A program made the translations under genes and the position numbers. This document shows positions 48,806 to 59,016 of a DNA stretch of 64,000 bases, piece after piece (within the stretch, counting starts at the first letter, position 1; each line of letters opens with the position of its first letter). Source of the stretch: Thermodesulfobacteriota bacterium (GTDB lineage Bacteria; Desulfobacterota_D; UBA1144; Nemesobacterales; Nemesobacteraceae); contig OZ242012.1 in the NCBI GenBank assembly GCA_965204795.1, positions 1,683,639 to 1,747,638 of the forward strand. Direction: 5' to 3'. Below the pieces are notes generated by a model that did not search any database, was not told the DNA's origin, and worked only from the letters and a program-made list of their open reading frames with translations.

Positions 48806-50071
48806 CTAGAAATACGCCTGAACCTGCGCCCTCACCATGCTCTCGTTGGTCTTCGCGCCGGTCATGGGCTTTTCCCTCTGGTAGGTGTAGTCGAGCTGAA
48901 GCTTCCACCTGTGGTCGCCGCTGAAATAGTAGTTGAGACCCTGCGTGTAGGTCCACACGTTGTCGAGCTCGGGAGCGAGATCGCCCGTAACGTCGTCGAA
49001 CTTGACCATGACGTACCTCCCCGCGAACTCCACCTTCTTCGGCATGAGGAAAAAGCCTCCCTGGGCCCTGAAGCCGTAGTCGAAGGCCGTCTTCATGCCC
49101 GCGGCGTCCGGATTCGCCCACCTTCCGATGTACTCGCCCGTGAGGTTGAATCTCGGGTCCCTGTAGTTCACGTCGGCCGTGATGGACGTGATTTTCCCGT
49201 CGGCGAACTCGCTACCTCTCCCTACCCTGTTCACCCTTCCGAGATTGGAGTCGCTGCCCGCTTCGACGTCTATGCCCGCGACCGCGGCCCCGACGGTGAG
49301 AGCGGGCTTCCTGGCGAAGTTCTCCTTGACCTTCTTGGCCTTTCCGCCGATGACCGCCGCCTGTATCCTGCCGGCCCAGATCACGCCCTTGTCGTCGCCG
49401 TCCACGCTCTTGTTGACCCCGTCGGCCTGGAAAGCGCCGAGCTCGTAGCGGACCGTTCCGCCTCCGAGAAGACCGTAGGCGCCGACGCCGATGTCCCTGT
49501 CATACTTGAAGTGGTCGGACAGGATCGAGCGGTCCACGAGCTGGAGAGCGGAAGAGGAGTTGAGCACCTCCCTGTTGAACGGAACCTTGTACTGCCCCAC
49601 CACGGGAACGAACATCCTGTTTTTGGCGAACGAAAGCTTGAGGTCCTTAAGCTCTCCGCCCTTTGAGAACTCGTACTGAAACTTGTACTTCATCCAGGGA
49701 GCGAAGGCGTTTCCGTCCCAGACGATCCGAAGTCTCTTCACCCTGAAACCGAGATTGTCGTCCCCCCCGTGGGTCTTGTCGTACTGTCCCAGGAACTGTC
49801 CGCGTATTCTCGTGCGCAACTTGTAGTTCCCGTCGGCCGTCTGGAAAGTGAGCCCCGTGCCCTTTTTCGTCTTCACCTTGACGGACCGCCCGGCCTTGGA
49901 GTCGGACACCTTCATGTTCGTCTTCTGCTGTCGCTCCTCGAGCCTCTGTATCTGGGCCTTGAGCTTCCTGATCTCCGCCTCGACGCTCTGGCCGTCGGCC
50001 CGGGCGCTCAGGGTCCCCAGGGAAAGCAGCATCGCGAAAGACGCGGCTAAAACCGTTAGAGTTCTCATCAC
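48806..50071 (-). CDS. oprP: phosphate-selective porin OprO/OprP family
   Basis: Signal peptide, N-terminal coiled-coil (EIRKLKAQIQRLEERQQ), Lys-rich beta-barrel, and the C-terminal ...RAQVQAYF. Divergent from phoB, with Pho-box-like repeats between them. Confidence 0.8.
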   Translation of the reverse strand: MMRTLTVLAASFAMLLSLGTLSARADGQSVEAEIRKLKAQIQRLEERQQKTNMKVSDSKAGRSVKVKTKKGTGLTFQTADGNYKLRTRIRGQFLGQYDKTHGGDDNLGFRVKRLRIVWDGNAFAPWMKYKFQYEFSKGGELKDLKLSFAKNRMFVPVVGQYKVPFNREVLNSSSALQLVDRSILSDHFKYDRDIGVGAYGLLGGGTVRYELGAFQADGVNKSVDGDDKGVIWAGRIQAAVIGGKAKKVKENFARKPALTVGAAVAGIDVEAGSDSNLGRVNRVGRGSEFADGKITSITADVNYRDPRFNLTGEYIGRWANPDAAGMKTAFDYGFRAQGGFFLMPKKVEFAGRYVMVKFDDVTGDLAPELDNVWTYTQGLNYYFSGDHRWKLQLDYTYQREKPMTGAKTNESMVRAQVQAYF

Positions 50072-50136
50072 GTACCCTCCTTTTGCGTTCCTCGCCGCGT
50101 TTCGCGGACGATTTGGCCAAATGGTATCCCCGAACG

Positions 50137-50180
50137 GTTAACGCTGAATAAACGCATTGTTAGTTTTGTGTTAAGAAGCC
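50137..50180. promoter_or_regulatory. four tandem 11-bp direct repeats (GTTAACGCTGA / ATAAACGCATT / GTTAGTTTTGT / GTTAAGAAGCC): candidate PhoB boxes in the divergent oprP / phoB promoter region
   Basis: Exact 11-bp periodicity with a conserved GTTA(A) head, the architecture PhoB-type regulators bind. It sits between two predicted Pho-regulon genes. Confidence 0.5.
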
Positions 50181-50233
50181 CCTGTCGCTGATTGATGTAC
50201 GGGACGGCGTTCTGTAGATTAGTCTTGGAGCCC

Positions 50234-50923
50234 ATGAAAAAGCTGATAGCCGTAGTAGACGACGAAAGGGACATCCTGGACCTCGTAACCCATCATCTGA
50301 AACGCGAAGGCTTCACCGTGAAGCCGTTTCAGAACGGAAAGGACTTTCTGCTCTACATAAATTCCGTTCCTCCCGACCTCGTGCTGCTCGACATCATGCT
50401 GCCCGGCACAGACGGCCTCGAGCTCTGCAGGATACTCAAGGGCAAGCCGTCCACGCGCTCCATTCCCATAATCATGATCACGGCCAAGTCCGCCGAGGCG
50501 GACATAGTGGTGGGGCTCGAGCTCGGGGCCGACGACTACATAGTGAAGCCCTTCCGGATGCGGGAGCTTGTGGCCAGGGTGAAAAGCATAATGAGGAGGT
50601 ACGGGGAAGAGGAAGAGGAGGACGGGGCGTTTCGCGTCGGCCCGCTTTCGGTGAACCCGTCGAGCTACGAGGCGGCGGTCGGCTCCGAGAAGCTCGACCT
50701 CACCACCACGGAGTTCCGCATACTGGAGACCCTGGCGGAGAAAAAGGGCAAGGTCTTCACCCGCGACCAGCTGCTCAAGAGAAAGACCCTGTGGGGAGAC
50801 GACAGGCTGGTTTTCGACAGGACCATAGACGTCCACATAAAGAACCTTCGCGAAAAGCTCGGGGCGTCGGGAGCGATGATAAAGACGGTGAGGGGAATCG
50901 GCTACAAGCTCGAAGAGGTCTGA
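50234..50923 (+). CDS. phoB: phosphate regulon response regulator (OmpR family)
   Basis: MKKLIAVVDDERDIL...LLDIMLPGTDG (REC) plus a winged-helix (RVGPLSVNP...LTTTEFRILE...RTIDVHIKNLREKL). ATG 50234 after GGAG; the track ORF starts at 50192. Confidence 0.9.
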   Translation: MKKLIAVVDDERDILDLVTHHLKREGFTVKPFQNGKDFLLYINSVPPDLVLLDIMLPGTDGLELCRILKGKPSTRSIPIIMITAKSAEADIVVGLELGADDYIVKPFRMRELVARVKSIMRRYGEEEEEDGAFRVGPLSVNPSSYEAAVGSEKLDLTTTEFRILETLAEKKGKVFTRDQLLKRKTLWGDDRLVFDRTIDVHIKNLREKLGASGAMIKTVRGIGYKLEEV

Positions 50924-50926
50924 GCG

Positions 50927-52288
50927 GTGAGGATATTCAGAAGACATCTGCTTTACGTGCTGCTCCTGGCCGCGGGCGCCGCCGCCTGCCTCGCGCTTCT
51001 TTCCGACGAGGGGGGAATCGGGTACGCGACGTATCTGGCCGCTTTCTGCGCCTTCGGCTTCGTCCTTTTCTGGATAACCGAAAGGAACATCCTCAAGGAC
51101 TTCACGAGAATATCCAAGGCGCTTAGCCTGCTTCCGGAAAAGCAGAAAAAGGCCAGAAAGACCGGAAGGCGGGTGTTCGACTTCGACACCGGGGTGTCGG
51201 CGTCCATAAGGGAGCTTTCCGAGAGAATCTCCCTCCAGATGCGGGCCACCGAAAGGGAGAGAAACCAGCTCAAAAGCATAATAGGCGCGATGAGGGAGGG
51301 AGTGATAGTGATATCGGGCGACGACGCCCTGGTGCTCGCCAACGACGCCGCGAGGGAGATGTTCTCGATAGAGGAGGATGCGACGGGCCGTCCCTACCTC
51401 GAGAGCGTCCGCAACAGCGACCTGCAGAAACTGCTCGCCCGCTCGCGCGAGACCGGAAAGCCCGTGAGCCAGGGAGCGCAGGTACTCTATCCCGAGGAGA
51501 GATCCTATCTGATGAGCGCCCAGGTGAGCCGCCGCTACGGGGAAACCATAGTGGTGATCTTCGACATAACGGAATTCAAGAAGCTCGAGCGCGTAAAGGC
51601 CGACTTCGTGGCCAACGTCTCCCACGAGCTTCGCACCCCGCTCACCTCCATAAAGGGATGCGTGGAAACGCTCGCAGAAGGCAGCTACGACACCGAGGAG
51701 CAGAGAAGGAAGTTTCTCTCCGTTATAGAGGACAACACCGACAGGCTCATAGAGATAGCGTCCGACCTGCTCACCCTCTCGGAACTCGAGGGCAGGGAGG
51801 CGTCGCCGCGCGAGGCGGAAAGGGAACTCGAACCCGTGGACATAGGGGAGACGGTCGCGCGCTCCGCCGAGTCGCTCACCTCCTTTTTCCTGGAAAGGGA
51901 CGTGAGCCTCTCCCTGGAAATACGGGACGGCATACCGCCACTTCCGGCAAACGGATTTCTGATCGAGCGCATGCTCACCAACCTCCTGGAAAATTCGGCC
52001 AAGTACACCCGACGCGGCGGCTCGGTGAACGTCCGGGCGGAGAAGAGAAACGGGTCGCTCCTCATAGAGGTGGAGGACGACGGAATCGGAATCCCGCCGG
52101 AGCACCGCGAGAGGATATTCGAGAGGTTCTACAGGGTGGGCAAGGACCGCTCGAGGGAGATAGGGGGCACGGGACTGGGGCTCAGCATAGTGAAGCACAT
52201 AGTGCTCCAGCACGAGGGAACCATAAGGGTGGAGAGCGAGGAAGGCGAGGGAAGCTCGTTCATAGTGCAGCTTCCCTACCGCGGCTGA
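50927..52288 (+). CDS. phoR: phosphate regulon sensor histidine kinase
   Basis: Two N-terminal TM helices, PAS, HisKA (ANVSHELRTPLTSI), and HATPase (NLLENSAKYT ... GTGLGLSIVKHIV). Confidence 0.85.
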   Translation: MRIFRRHLLYVLLLAAGAAACLALLSDEGGIGYATYLAAFCAFGFVLFWITERNILKDFTRISKALSLLPEKQKKARKTGRRVFDFDTGVSASIRELSERISLQMRATERERNQLKSIIGAMREGVIVISGDDALVLANDAAREMFSIEEDATGRPYLESVRNSDLQKLLARSRETGKPVSQGAQVLYPEERSYLMSAQVSRRYGETIVVIFDITEFKKLERVKADFVANVSHELRTPLTSIKGCVETLAEGSYDTEEQRRKFLSVIEDNTDRLIEIASDLLTLSELEGREASPREAERELEPVDIGETVARSAESLTSFFLERDVSLSLEIRDGIPPLPANGFLIERMLTNLLENSAKYTRRGGSVNVRAEKRNGSLLIEVEDDGIGIPPEHRERIFERFYRVGKDRSREIGGTGLGLSIVKHIVLQHEGTIRVESEEGEGSSFIVQLPYRG

Positions 52289-52301
52289 TGGGCCCGCGGC
52301 T

Positions 52302-52967
52302 TCAGTTCACCTCGGAGGTGTGGTAGTGCTTCAGCACCTCGCCCGTGGTCATGTAGTAGGCGTTTTCGGCTATGTTGGTGGCAAGGTCGGCCACCCTCTC
52401 GAGATGCCTCGCGACGTATATGTAGCGAAGCGCCCTGTCGATCGCCGAAGGGTCGGCCATGACGAAGGTTATGAGTTCCCTCACTATCCTGGGCTCGCAG
52501 TTGTCCACCTCGTCGTCCTTCTCGCAGACCCTGACCGCGAGTTCCGAGTCCTTGCGCACGAAGGCGTCGAGGCTCTCGCGGAGCATCTCCAGAGCCTTGT
52601 CGGCCATCCTGGGGATGTCGGCCAGCGGCTTTACCGGCGGGTAATCGGCCATGAAAAGAGCTATCCTCGAGATGCTCGAGGCGTGGTCCCCTATCCTTTC
52701 CAGGTCGTTGTTCGCCTTCATTATCATCGTCACGGTGCGCAGGTCCCGGGCCTCGGGCTGGTACAGGGCGAGTATCTTTATGCAGAGATTGTCTATGTCG
52801 ATCTCCATCGCGTTTATCTGCTCGTCGCTCTTTATGACCTCCTGGGCGAGAACCATGTTTCCTTCCCGAAGGGCCTTCACGCTCTTGGCGATACGGCTCT
52901 CGACAAGCGACGCCATCTCGAGCAGTTTCCGGTTGAGATTCGCGAGTTCCTCCTTGTATTTTATCAT
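52302..52967 (-). CDS. phoU: phosphate signaling complex protein PhoU
   Basis: Duplicated PhoU repeats with E/DxxxD metal motifs (NNDLERIGDHASSI ... ARHLERVADLATNIAE). ATG 52967 after GGAGG. The track ORF 52302..53630 is an artefactual extension. Confidence 0.9.
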   Translation of the reverse strand: MIKYKEELANLNRKLLEMASLVESRIAKSVKALREGNMVLAQEVIKSDEQINAMEIDIDNLCIKILALYQPEARDLRTVTMIMKANNDLERIGDHASSISRIALFMADYPPVKPLADIPRMADKALEMLRESLDAFVRKDSELAVRVCEKDDEVDNCEPRIVRELITFVMADPSAIDRALRYIYVARHLERVADLATNIAENAYYMTTGEVLKHYHTSEVN

Positions 52968-52993
52968 CCGCTCCTGGTCCTCCCGCCCCGCCC

Positions 52994-53845
52994 CTAGCCG
53001 AACTTGCCCGACACGTAGTCCTCGGTGTGCTTCTTGGAGGGGTTCAGGAATATCTTCTCCGTGGCGTCGAACTCCACTATGTCCCCCATGTACATAAACG
53101 CCGTGTAGTCGGAAACCCGCGAGGCCTGCTGCATGTTGTGGGTCACTATGACTATGGTGAACCTGTCCTTGAGCTCGGTGACGAGATCCTCTATCCTGGC
53201 CGTCGCCACGGGGTCGAGAGCGGAGCACGGCTCGTCCATGAGCAGAACGTCGGGCTCCACTGCCACGGCCCGGGCTATGCACAGGCGCTGCTGCTGGCCC
53301 CCTGAAAGTCCCATGGCGCTGTCGTCGAGACGGTCGCTCACCTCGTCCCACAGGGCGGCCCTTTTCAGGTTCTTCTCCACTATCTCGTCCAGAACCCTTT
53401 TTTTCCTCACGCCCGCTATCTTCGCCCCGTAGGCCACGTTTTCGTATATCGACTTGGGAAACGGGTTCGACTTCTGAAAGACCATTCCTACTCTCTTTCG
53501 AAGGTCCGTTATGTCGACGTCGGGAGAGAATATGCTCTCTCCGTTTATCCTTATCTCTCCCTCCACGCGGCAGCTGTCGACAAGATCGTTGAGCCTGTTG
53601 AAGCAGCGGAGCAGCGTCGACTTTCCGCATCCCGAGGGACCGATGAACGCCGTCACCTTCCGTCTCGGAATGTTCATGTTCACGTCGCGAAGCGCCTGCT
53701 TGCCGTCGTAGAAAAGATTGAGGCCCTCGACCTCCGCCAGCGGGTCGGGCACGGACTTCGCTCCCCCGGCCTCGGCCGGGGGGACGGAACGCGCCCCGTC
53801 TGCGGCCTTAATCTGCTCGTTTTTCATCGCTTCTTCCGTCGACAT
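52994..53845 (-). CDS. pstB: phosphate ABC transporter ATP-binding protein
   Basis: [37 protein letters not shown]. Confidence 0.95.
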   Translation of the reverse strand: MSTEEAMKNEQIKAADGARSVPPAEAGGAKSVPDPLAEVEGLNLFYDGKQALRDVNMNIPRRKVTAFIGPSGCGKSTLLRCFNRLNDLVDSCRVEGEIRINGESIFSPDVDITDLRKRVGMVFQKSNPFPKSIYENVAYGAKIAGVRKKRVLDEIVEKNLKRAALWDEVSDRLDDSAMGLSGGQQQRLCIARAVAVEPDVLLMDEPCSALDPVATARIEDLVTELKDRFTIVIVTHNMQQASRVSDYTAFMYMGDIVEFDATEKIFLNPSKKHTEDYVSGKFG

Positions 53846-53887
53846 CGCCCGGCGGACCTCCGGTCTTCGTTTTCATAATACTACACG

Positions 53888-55510
53888 CTACACCGCCGAA
53901 GTGGCGTATTTTTTCCGAAGCCTGTTTCTTATAACTATCGCCATCATGTTGAGCACCACCACTATGAGAATCAGCAGAAACGCCGTGGTGAACACCATGG
54001 GTTTCGCGGCCTCGGCGTTGGGAGACTGGAAGCCGAGGTCGTATATGTGAAAGCCCAGATGCATGAACTTTCTCTCGAGGTGAAGGAAGGGAAACGTCCC
54101 GTCCACGGGAAGATCCGGGGCGAGCTTCACCACCCCGGTTATCATGAGCGGAGCCACCTCCCCCGTGGCCCGGGCGATGGCGAGAATGAGTCCCGTGAGT
54201 ATGGCGGGAAGCGCGCTCGGCAGAACGACCTTCCACGTGGTCTCGAACTTGGTCGCCCCGAGGGCGAGCGAGCCTTCTCTTATGTTTCTCGGCACCGCGG
54301 CCAGTCCCTCCTCGGTAGCCACTATCACGACGGGCACGGTGAGAAGGGCAAGCGTGAGAGACGCCCAGAGTATTCCCCCCGTTCCGAAAGTGGGACTGGG
54401 AAGAGCTTCCCTGAAAAACGCCGCGTCTATCATTCCCCCCACGCCGTAGAGAAAGAACCCGACTCCGAAAACCCCGAACACGATCGACGGAACTCCGGCG
54501 AGGTTGTTCACGCATATCCGCACCACGCGCACGAGCGTTCCCTGCCTCGCGTACTCCCGAAGGTAGAGAGCCGCCACGACTCCAAAGGGCATGACCACGA
54601 CGCTCATGAGCATCACCATGAGCACCGTTCCGAAGATGGCGGGGAAGATGCCCCCTTCGGTGTTGGCCTCCCTCGGGTCCTCGGTTACGAATCCCCAGAA
54701 CCGGGACAGGTAGAAGCCGATCTTGTCGGCCACGCTCATCGAATTGGGGCGAAAGGCCCTCACCACCTTTCCGAGCGCCACGGTCTTTTCCTCTCCCCCC
54801 GCCGAAATCATCACGACCTCGCTTCCGCCGAGCGCGGCGTAGAGCTTCGAGAGGCGCCGCTCGCTCACCGCGTAGGCGGCCTCGTACTCCTCTATCCTGC
54901 GGCCGATCTCCGCCGTCTTCCCGGGATCGTCCACTCCCTTCATCGCGAGTCCCCGAAGCCGCAGGCGCTGCTTTTCCAGTCCGTGGTTTATGTCCCCTAT
55001 CTCGCCCTTTTCGATCGCGAGGATGTCGGCGTACACGTCGTTGGCGCCGTCTATGAGCTCGGAGAGCAGCGAGAACGCCCCGGGGTCCGGCGCGGAGGCG
55101 ACGGTCCGGCCGTTTTTTCTTATCTCCCTTATAAACCCGTGGTAGTTTCCCCACTCCCGCCTCTCGAGAATCACGGCGTTTTCGGGATAGGAGACTTCGG
55201 CTATCCGCGATTCGTCAATCCACCTGAAGTCGAGTCCGTACACGTCCCTGTTTCCGACCTTGAGCTTCACGCGGTAGTCCTCGCCCGAAACCCCGCCCGC
55301 GCCGCGCGTCTTCTCCCTGTCGCGAAGCTGCCCGAGGTACGCAGAACCGTCGCGAAGCTCGTACCTTCCCACGTCTGCGGGCCACAGGGAGCTCAGCCCC
55401 TTGGACGCTATCAGCCAGAGAAGTCCGCCTATCATGACGAGCGTTATCATGAGGGCGAGGCCCGAGAGCCACACGTAGGCGTCGCCCGCTTTCCAGAGGG
55501 TTCTAGGCAT
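53888..55510 (-). CDS. pstA: phosphate ABC transporter permease PstA (long form with a large N-terminal periplasmic region)
   Basis: C-terminal permease core with the EAA-like loop (ALGATKFETTWKVVLPSALPAIL) and six TM helices; about 280-aa N-terminal extension. Confidence 0.85.
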   Translation of the reverse strand: MPRTLWKAGDAYVWLSGLALMITLVMIGGLLWLIASKGLSSLWPADVGRYELRDGSAYLGQLRDREKTRGAGGVSGEDYRVKLKVGNRDVYGLDFRWIDESRIAEVSYPENAVILERREWGNYHGFIREIRKNGRTVASAPDPGAFSLLSELIDGANDVYADILAIEKGEIGDINHGLEKQRLRLRGLAMKGVDDPGKTAEIGRRIEEYEAAYAVSERRLSKLYAALGGSEVVMISAGGEEKTVALGKVVRAFRPNSMSVADKIGFYLSRFWGFVTEDPREANTEGGIFPAIFGTVLMVMLMSVVVMPFGVVAALYLREYARQGTLVRVVRICVNNLAGVPSIVFGVFGVGFFLYGVGGMIDAAFFREALPSPTFGTGGILWASLTLALLTVPVVIVATEEGLAAVPRNIREGSLALGATKFETTWKVVLPSALPAILTGLILAIARATGEVAPLMITGVVKLAPDLPVDGTFPFLHLERKFMHLGFHIYDLGFQSPNAEAAKPMVFTTAFLLILIVVVLNMMAIVIRNRLRKKYATSAV

Positions 55511-57791
55511 CGAGCTGTCCGTACTTCTTTCTCAGTCTCCGGCGCAGTATCTCCGCCAGGGTGTTCAGGAAAAAGGTGAAGAGGAAAAGCAGTATCGCCG
55601 ACAGAAACAGCACCCTGTAGAGCGTTCCCCCGTGGGGAGCTTCGGGAAGCTCGACGGCTATGTTCGCGGAAAGGGCCCTGAAGCCGTTAAAGAAGCTCCA
55701 GTCCATGACCGGGGTGTTGCCGGTGGCCATGAGCACTATCATCGTCTCCCCGACCGCCCTCCCGAAACCTATCATCACGGCGGAGAATATGCCGGCGCTG
55801 GCCGAGGGAAGAACTATCCTCGTGGCCGTCTGCCACCTGTTGGCCCCGAGGGCGAGGGAGCCCGCGGCGAGGGAGCGGGGAACGCTCGAGAGCGCGTCCT
55901 CCGATATCGTGAAGATTATGGGAATCACCGTGAACCCCATGGCGAACCCCACGACCAGCATGTTTCTCTGGTCGTAGCGAAGGTCGAAGACCCGAAAGAA
56001 CCAGTCGCGGAAGTCGCCCGCGAAAAACAGGCCCTCGAGCGGGCCGTTGAGCCACAGCGAGAGCCCGCCCGCCAGTCCTATCACGCCCACAATGACGAAA
56101 AGCTCGGTTCCCACCCTGAACCTTCCGGCGAAAGCCGCGGGAAGGCGGTTCCAGAAAAAAAGCGCGGCCAGGGTGAGCGCCGTGACGAGAACCGGCATGA
56201 CGAGCGTGGCGACGAATATCTTCTCGAGCAGGGGAGCGAGCCAGAGGCCCGCGAGAAAGCCGAGCACGACGCTGGGAAGCGCGGCCATTATCTCTATCAC
56301 GGGCTTCACGACGTTTCTTATCGACGGGTGCAGAAACTGCGAGACGCAGAGAGCCGCGAGCACCGCGAGGGGAATCGACATGAGCATCGCGTATATCGCT
56401 CCCTTGAGCGTTCCGTACGCAAGCGGCGTGAGGCTGAATTTCGGCTCGAACTCGTCGGTTCCCCCCGTGGACTGCCACACGTAGCCCGGCTCGTCGTAGC
56501 CCTCGTACCAGATCTTGGCGAAAAACGAGCGGAAGCTCGCCTCGGGATGGGGATTGTCGAGACTCCAGCTCGAGAGAAACATCCCGGAATCGAGCGCCAC
56601 TATGCCGTCGGCCTTGGGAGCGAACTCGAGACCCACGTAAGGCCGCCCGCCGCCCTTTACTCTGAACTGCCTTCGGGACGACGTGGCGTGGTAAAGCGAG
56701 ATGTTTCCCCGCTCGTCCGCCGCCACGAATCCCCTTCCCCTCCGGGAGAGGGAGAACGCGTCGACCGGGCCCGGAAGAGGGGGAAGGGAGTGGATTTTCG
56801 AAAGCTCGTTACGGCCGCTCCCCCCGGAAGTCTCGAACCACACGCTCACGGCTCCCGAGGCGTCTCCGACCAGAAGCGACCTGTGTCCCAGAAGAAATCC
56901 CATCTCCGTCACGGCCACCGAAGGGTCGTCCGTGGCGGCGAGCCTCGCCCTGAGCTCGGGCGCGGAAGGGTCGGACAGGGACCAGTGCAGAAGCTCTCCG
57001 CCGGCGGTGGAGACGTAGAGGTTCTCCACGGAAGCGTCCATTTCGATTCCCGTGACCTCGGCGCCGCCGAGCGCCCCGGTGAGGTCGGCGAACGTCCGCG
57101 CGGTTTCGCCGTCCCCGAAAGGATCGTCCCCGGGAACCTCGGCGCGGAGCAGAAGCTTTTTTTCCGGGGTGTAGACCGCGGCCGCGCGCGCGCCGCTCTC
57201 GGCGGATTCCTGGTAGGCGAACATGTCGACGGGTCCGCCCGCCGCCCTAAACGCCTCGCCCTCCCTCACCCAGGGCACGACGGTTCTTTCCGTTCCTTCC
57301 CGAAACTCCGCCCTGAAACCGATCTCGAACGGCACTATGCGGCCCTCGCGGGTCGCCAGAGCGTAGCCCGAGCCGTTTTTCGAGTCGTAAAACGACGAGT
57401 AGCCCGAAGTTCCGTGCGAGAGAACGCGCCCCGCCACGGGGCGGGGACGCTCCTCGAGCGTGAAAAAGCGCACCGCGCCCGCCGAATCCACCGTGAAGAA
57501 CTGCTCCCTGTACTCGTCGGCGCCGACGGCGAAGACGCGGACTCCGTCCTCCACGCCGGCGGAGACGACGTCTTTTATTTCCGAGACGCTCTCGAGGCTC
57601 CCGTCCGCTCCCTTCCAGAGAGGAACGGTCTCGACGCCTATGAAGAAGAGTATTCCTATTATGCAGAAAATTATCCCCACGCCGCCCACGAAGACCGCGT
57701 GGCGGGCCATCCTGTCGTAGAACTTCCTCCTGCGTATCTGCCTGCGTCTGGATTCGCCTTCGGCGGCGTCGACCGGGTTGCCTGGGGACAA
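55503..57791 (-). CDS. pstC: phosphate ABC transporter permease PstC (long form, 762 aa, with a large periplasmic insertion)
   Basis: Permease core (SLALGANRWQTATRIVLPSASAGI) preceded by an about 450-aa extracytoplasmic domain after the first TM helix. Confidence 0.85.
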   Translation of the reverse strand: MSPGNPVDAAEGESRRRQIRRRKFYDRMARHAVFVGGVGIIFCIIGILFFIGVETVPLWKGADGSLESVSEIKDVVSAGVEDGVRVFAVGADEYREQFFTVDSAGAVRFFTLEERPRPVAGRVLSHGTSGYSSFYDSKNGSGYALATREGRIVPFEIGFRAEFREGTERTVVPWVREGEAFRAAGGPVDMFAYQESAESGARAAAVYTPEKKLLLRAEVPGDDPFGDGETARTFADLTGALGGAEVTGIEMDASVENLYVSTAGGELLHWSLSDPSAPELRARLAATDDPSVAVTEMGFLLGHRSLLVGDASGAVSVWFETSGGSGRNELSKIHSLPPLPGPVDAFSLSRRGRGFVAADERGNISLYHATSSRRQFRVKGGGRPYVGLEFAPKADGIVALDSGMFLSSWSLDNPHPEASFRSFFAKIWYEGYDEPGYVWQSTGGTDEFEPKFSLTPLAYGTLKGAIYAMLMSIPLAVLAALCVSQFLHPSIRNVVKPVIEIMAALPSVVLGFLAGLWLAPLLEKIFVATLVMPVLVTALTLAALFFWNRLPAAFAGRFRVGTELFVIVGVIGLAGGLSLWLNGPLEGLFFAGDFRDWFFRVFDLRYDQRNMLVVGFAMGFTVIPIIFTISEDALSSVPRSLAAGSLALGANRWQTATRIVLPSASAGIFSAVMIGFGRAVGETMIVLMATGNTPVMDWSFFNGFRALSANIAVELPEAPHGGTLYRVLFLSAILLFLFTFFLNTLAEILRRRLRKKYGQLDA

Positions 57792-57927
57792 TGAAAATTT
57801 CCTCGAACGTTACGACATGAAAAAAAACGGAGCGTTTCGCTCAGAAACGCTCTTTACCGGAAAAACCGAAAACCGCGCCCGAAGGACCCGAAGACTTTCC
57901 GGGACCGGGGACGCTCCTCCCAGCCCG

Positions 57928-58923
57928 TCAGTCGGCGCCTATCAGCCCGCGAAGCTCGGCGACTTTCGAGGCCGGCAGGGGAAGATAGCCGTCCTTTATC
58001 ACTATCCGCTGTCCCTGGCGGCTGAGAACGTACTTCAGGAACTCGAGACGAAGGGGGTCGAGAGCCTCGTTGGGCTTTTTGTTGACGTACAGGTAGAGAT
58101 ACCTTCCGAGCGGATACTTCTTGCCGACCACGTTTTCGAGGCTCGGGGAAAAGCATCCCTTCTCCGCGGTCCTGGCAATCTCCACGGCTCTTACGCCCGA
58201 GGTCCTGTAGCCGATTCCGCTGTAGCCGATTCCGCCGAGGTCCTCCGTCACGCCCTGAACGACCGCCGAGGACCCGGGCTGCTCCTTCACCGTGTCCTTG
58301 TAGTCGCCCTTGCACAGGGCCTTCTTCTTGAAGTAGCCGTAGGTGCCCGAGGCGGAGTTTCGCCCGTATACGCTTATCGGCTTGTTGGCCCACTTGCCCC
58401 CGAGTCCCGCGGCCCCCCAGACGGAGATGTCGCCCGGGCCGCCGCACTTTCTGTTCTTCGAGAAAACGGCGTCGACCTGCTTTATTGAGAGACACTCAAC
58501 GGGGTTGTCCTTGTTGACGTAGACCGCCAGGGCGTCGATCGAGGTCGGAACCGCCGTGGGCTTGTATCCCGCCGTCTTTTCAAAGGCGTCGATCTCCTTC
58601 GACTTCATCATTCTCGACATGGGACCGAACTGGGAAGTCCCCTCTATGAGGGCCGGAGGGGCCGTGCTCGACCCCTTGCCCTCTATCTGGCACTTCACGT
58701 TGGGATAGAACTTGGCGAATCCCTCGCACCAGAACGTCATGAGGTTGTTCATCGTGTCGGAACCGACGCTGTTTATGTTCCCGGAAACGCCGCTTACCTT
58801 CGCGTAGGAAGGTATGCCCTCGTCAACCTTCACCGTCTGCGCCCGCGCGGGGCCCGCGCCGAAAGCGAGCGCGGAAACGAGTGCCGCGAGCGCGAAAAAC
58901 GATCTGAAGCCGGAATTGCTCAT
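57928..58923 (-). CDS. pstS: phosphate ABC transporter substrate-binding protein
   Basis: Signal peptide; SGVSGNINSVGSDTM, GTYGYF. Confidence 0.9.
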   Translation of the reverse strand: MSNSGFRSFFALAALVSALAFGAGPARAQTVKVDEGIPSYAKVSGVSGNINSVGSDTMNNLMTFWCEGFAKFYPNVKCQIEGKGSSTAPPALIEGTSQFGPMSRMMKSKEIDAFEKTAGYKPTAVPTSIDALAVYVNKDNPVECLSIKQVDAVFSKNRKCGGPGDISVWGAAGLGGKWANKPISVYGRNSASGTYGYFKKKALCKGDYKDTVKEQPGSSAVVQGVTEDLGGIGYSGIGYRTSGVRAVEIARTAEKGCFSPSLENVVGKKYPLGRYLYLYVNKKPNEALDPLRLEFLKYVLSRQGQRIVIKDGYLPLPASKVAELRGLIGAD

Positions 58924-58994
58924 CGCGAAAATCCTCCTTCTGGATAGTGGAAACCGGAACCGAGCCGGATACGGCCAAGTTTAACCCCCGAAAG

Positions 58995-59016
58995 GTTAAG
59001 GGCGTGTTAAGGGGGA
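58995..59016. promoter_or_regulatory. tandem 11-bp repeat GTTAAGGGCGT-GTTAAGGGGGA about 72-94 nt upstream of pstS: candidate Pho box
   Basis: Same GTTAA-headed 11-mer as in the oprP/phoB intergenic region. Confidence 0.4.

Noticed and set aside
52302-53630. 442-aa track ORF at the phoU locus
   Set aside because: PhoU proper is the C-terminal 221 aa from ATG 52967 with GGAGG. The upstream part overlaps pstB on the same strand in another frame.
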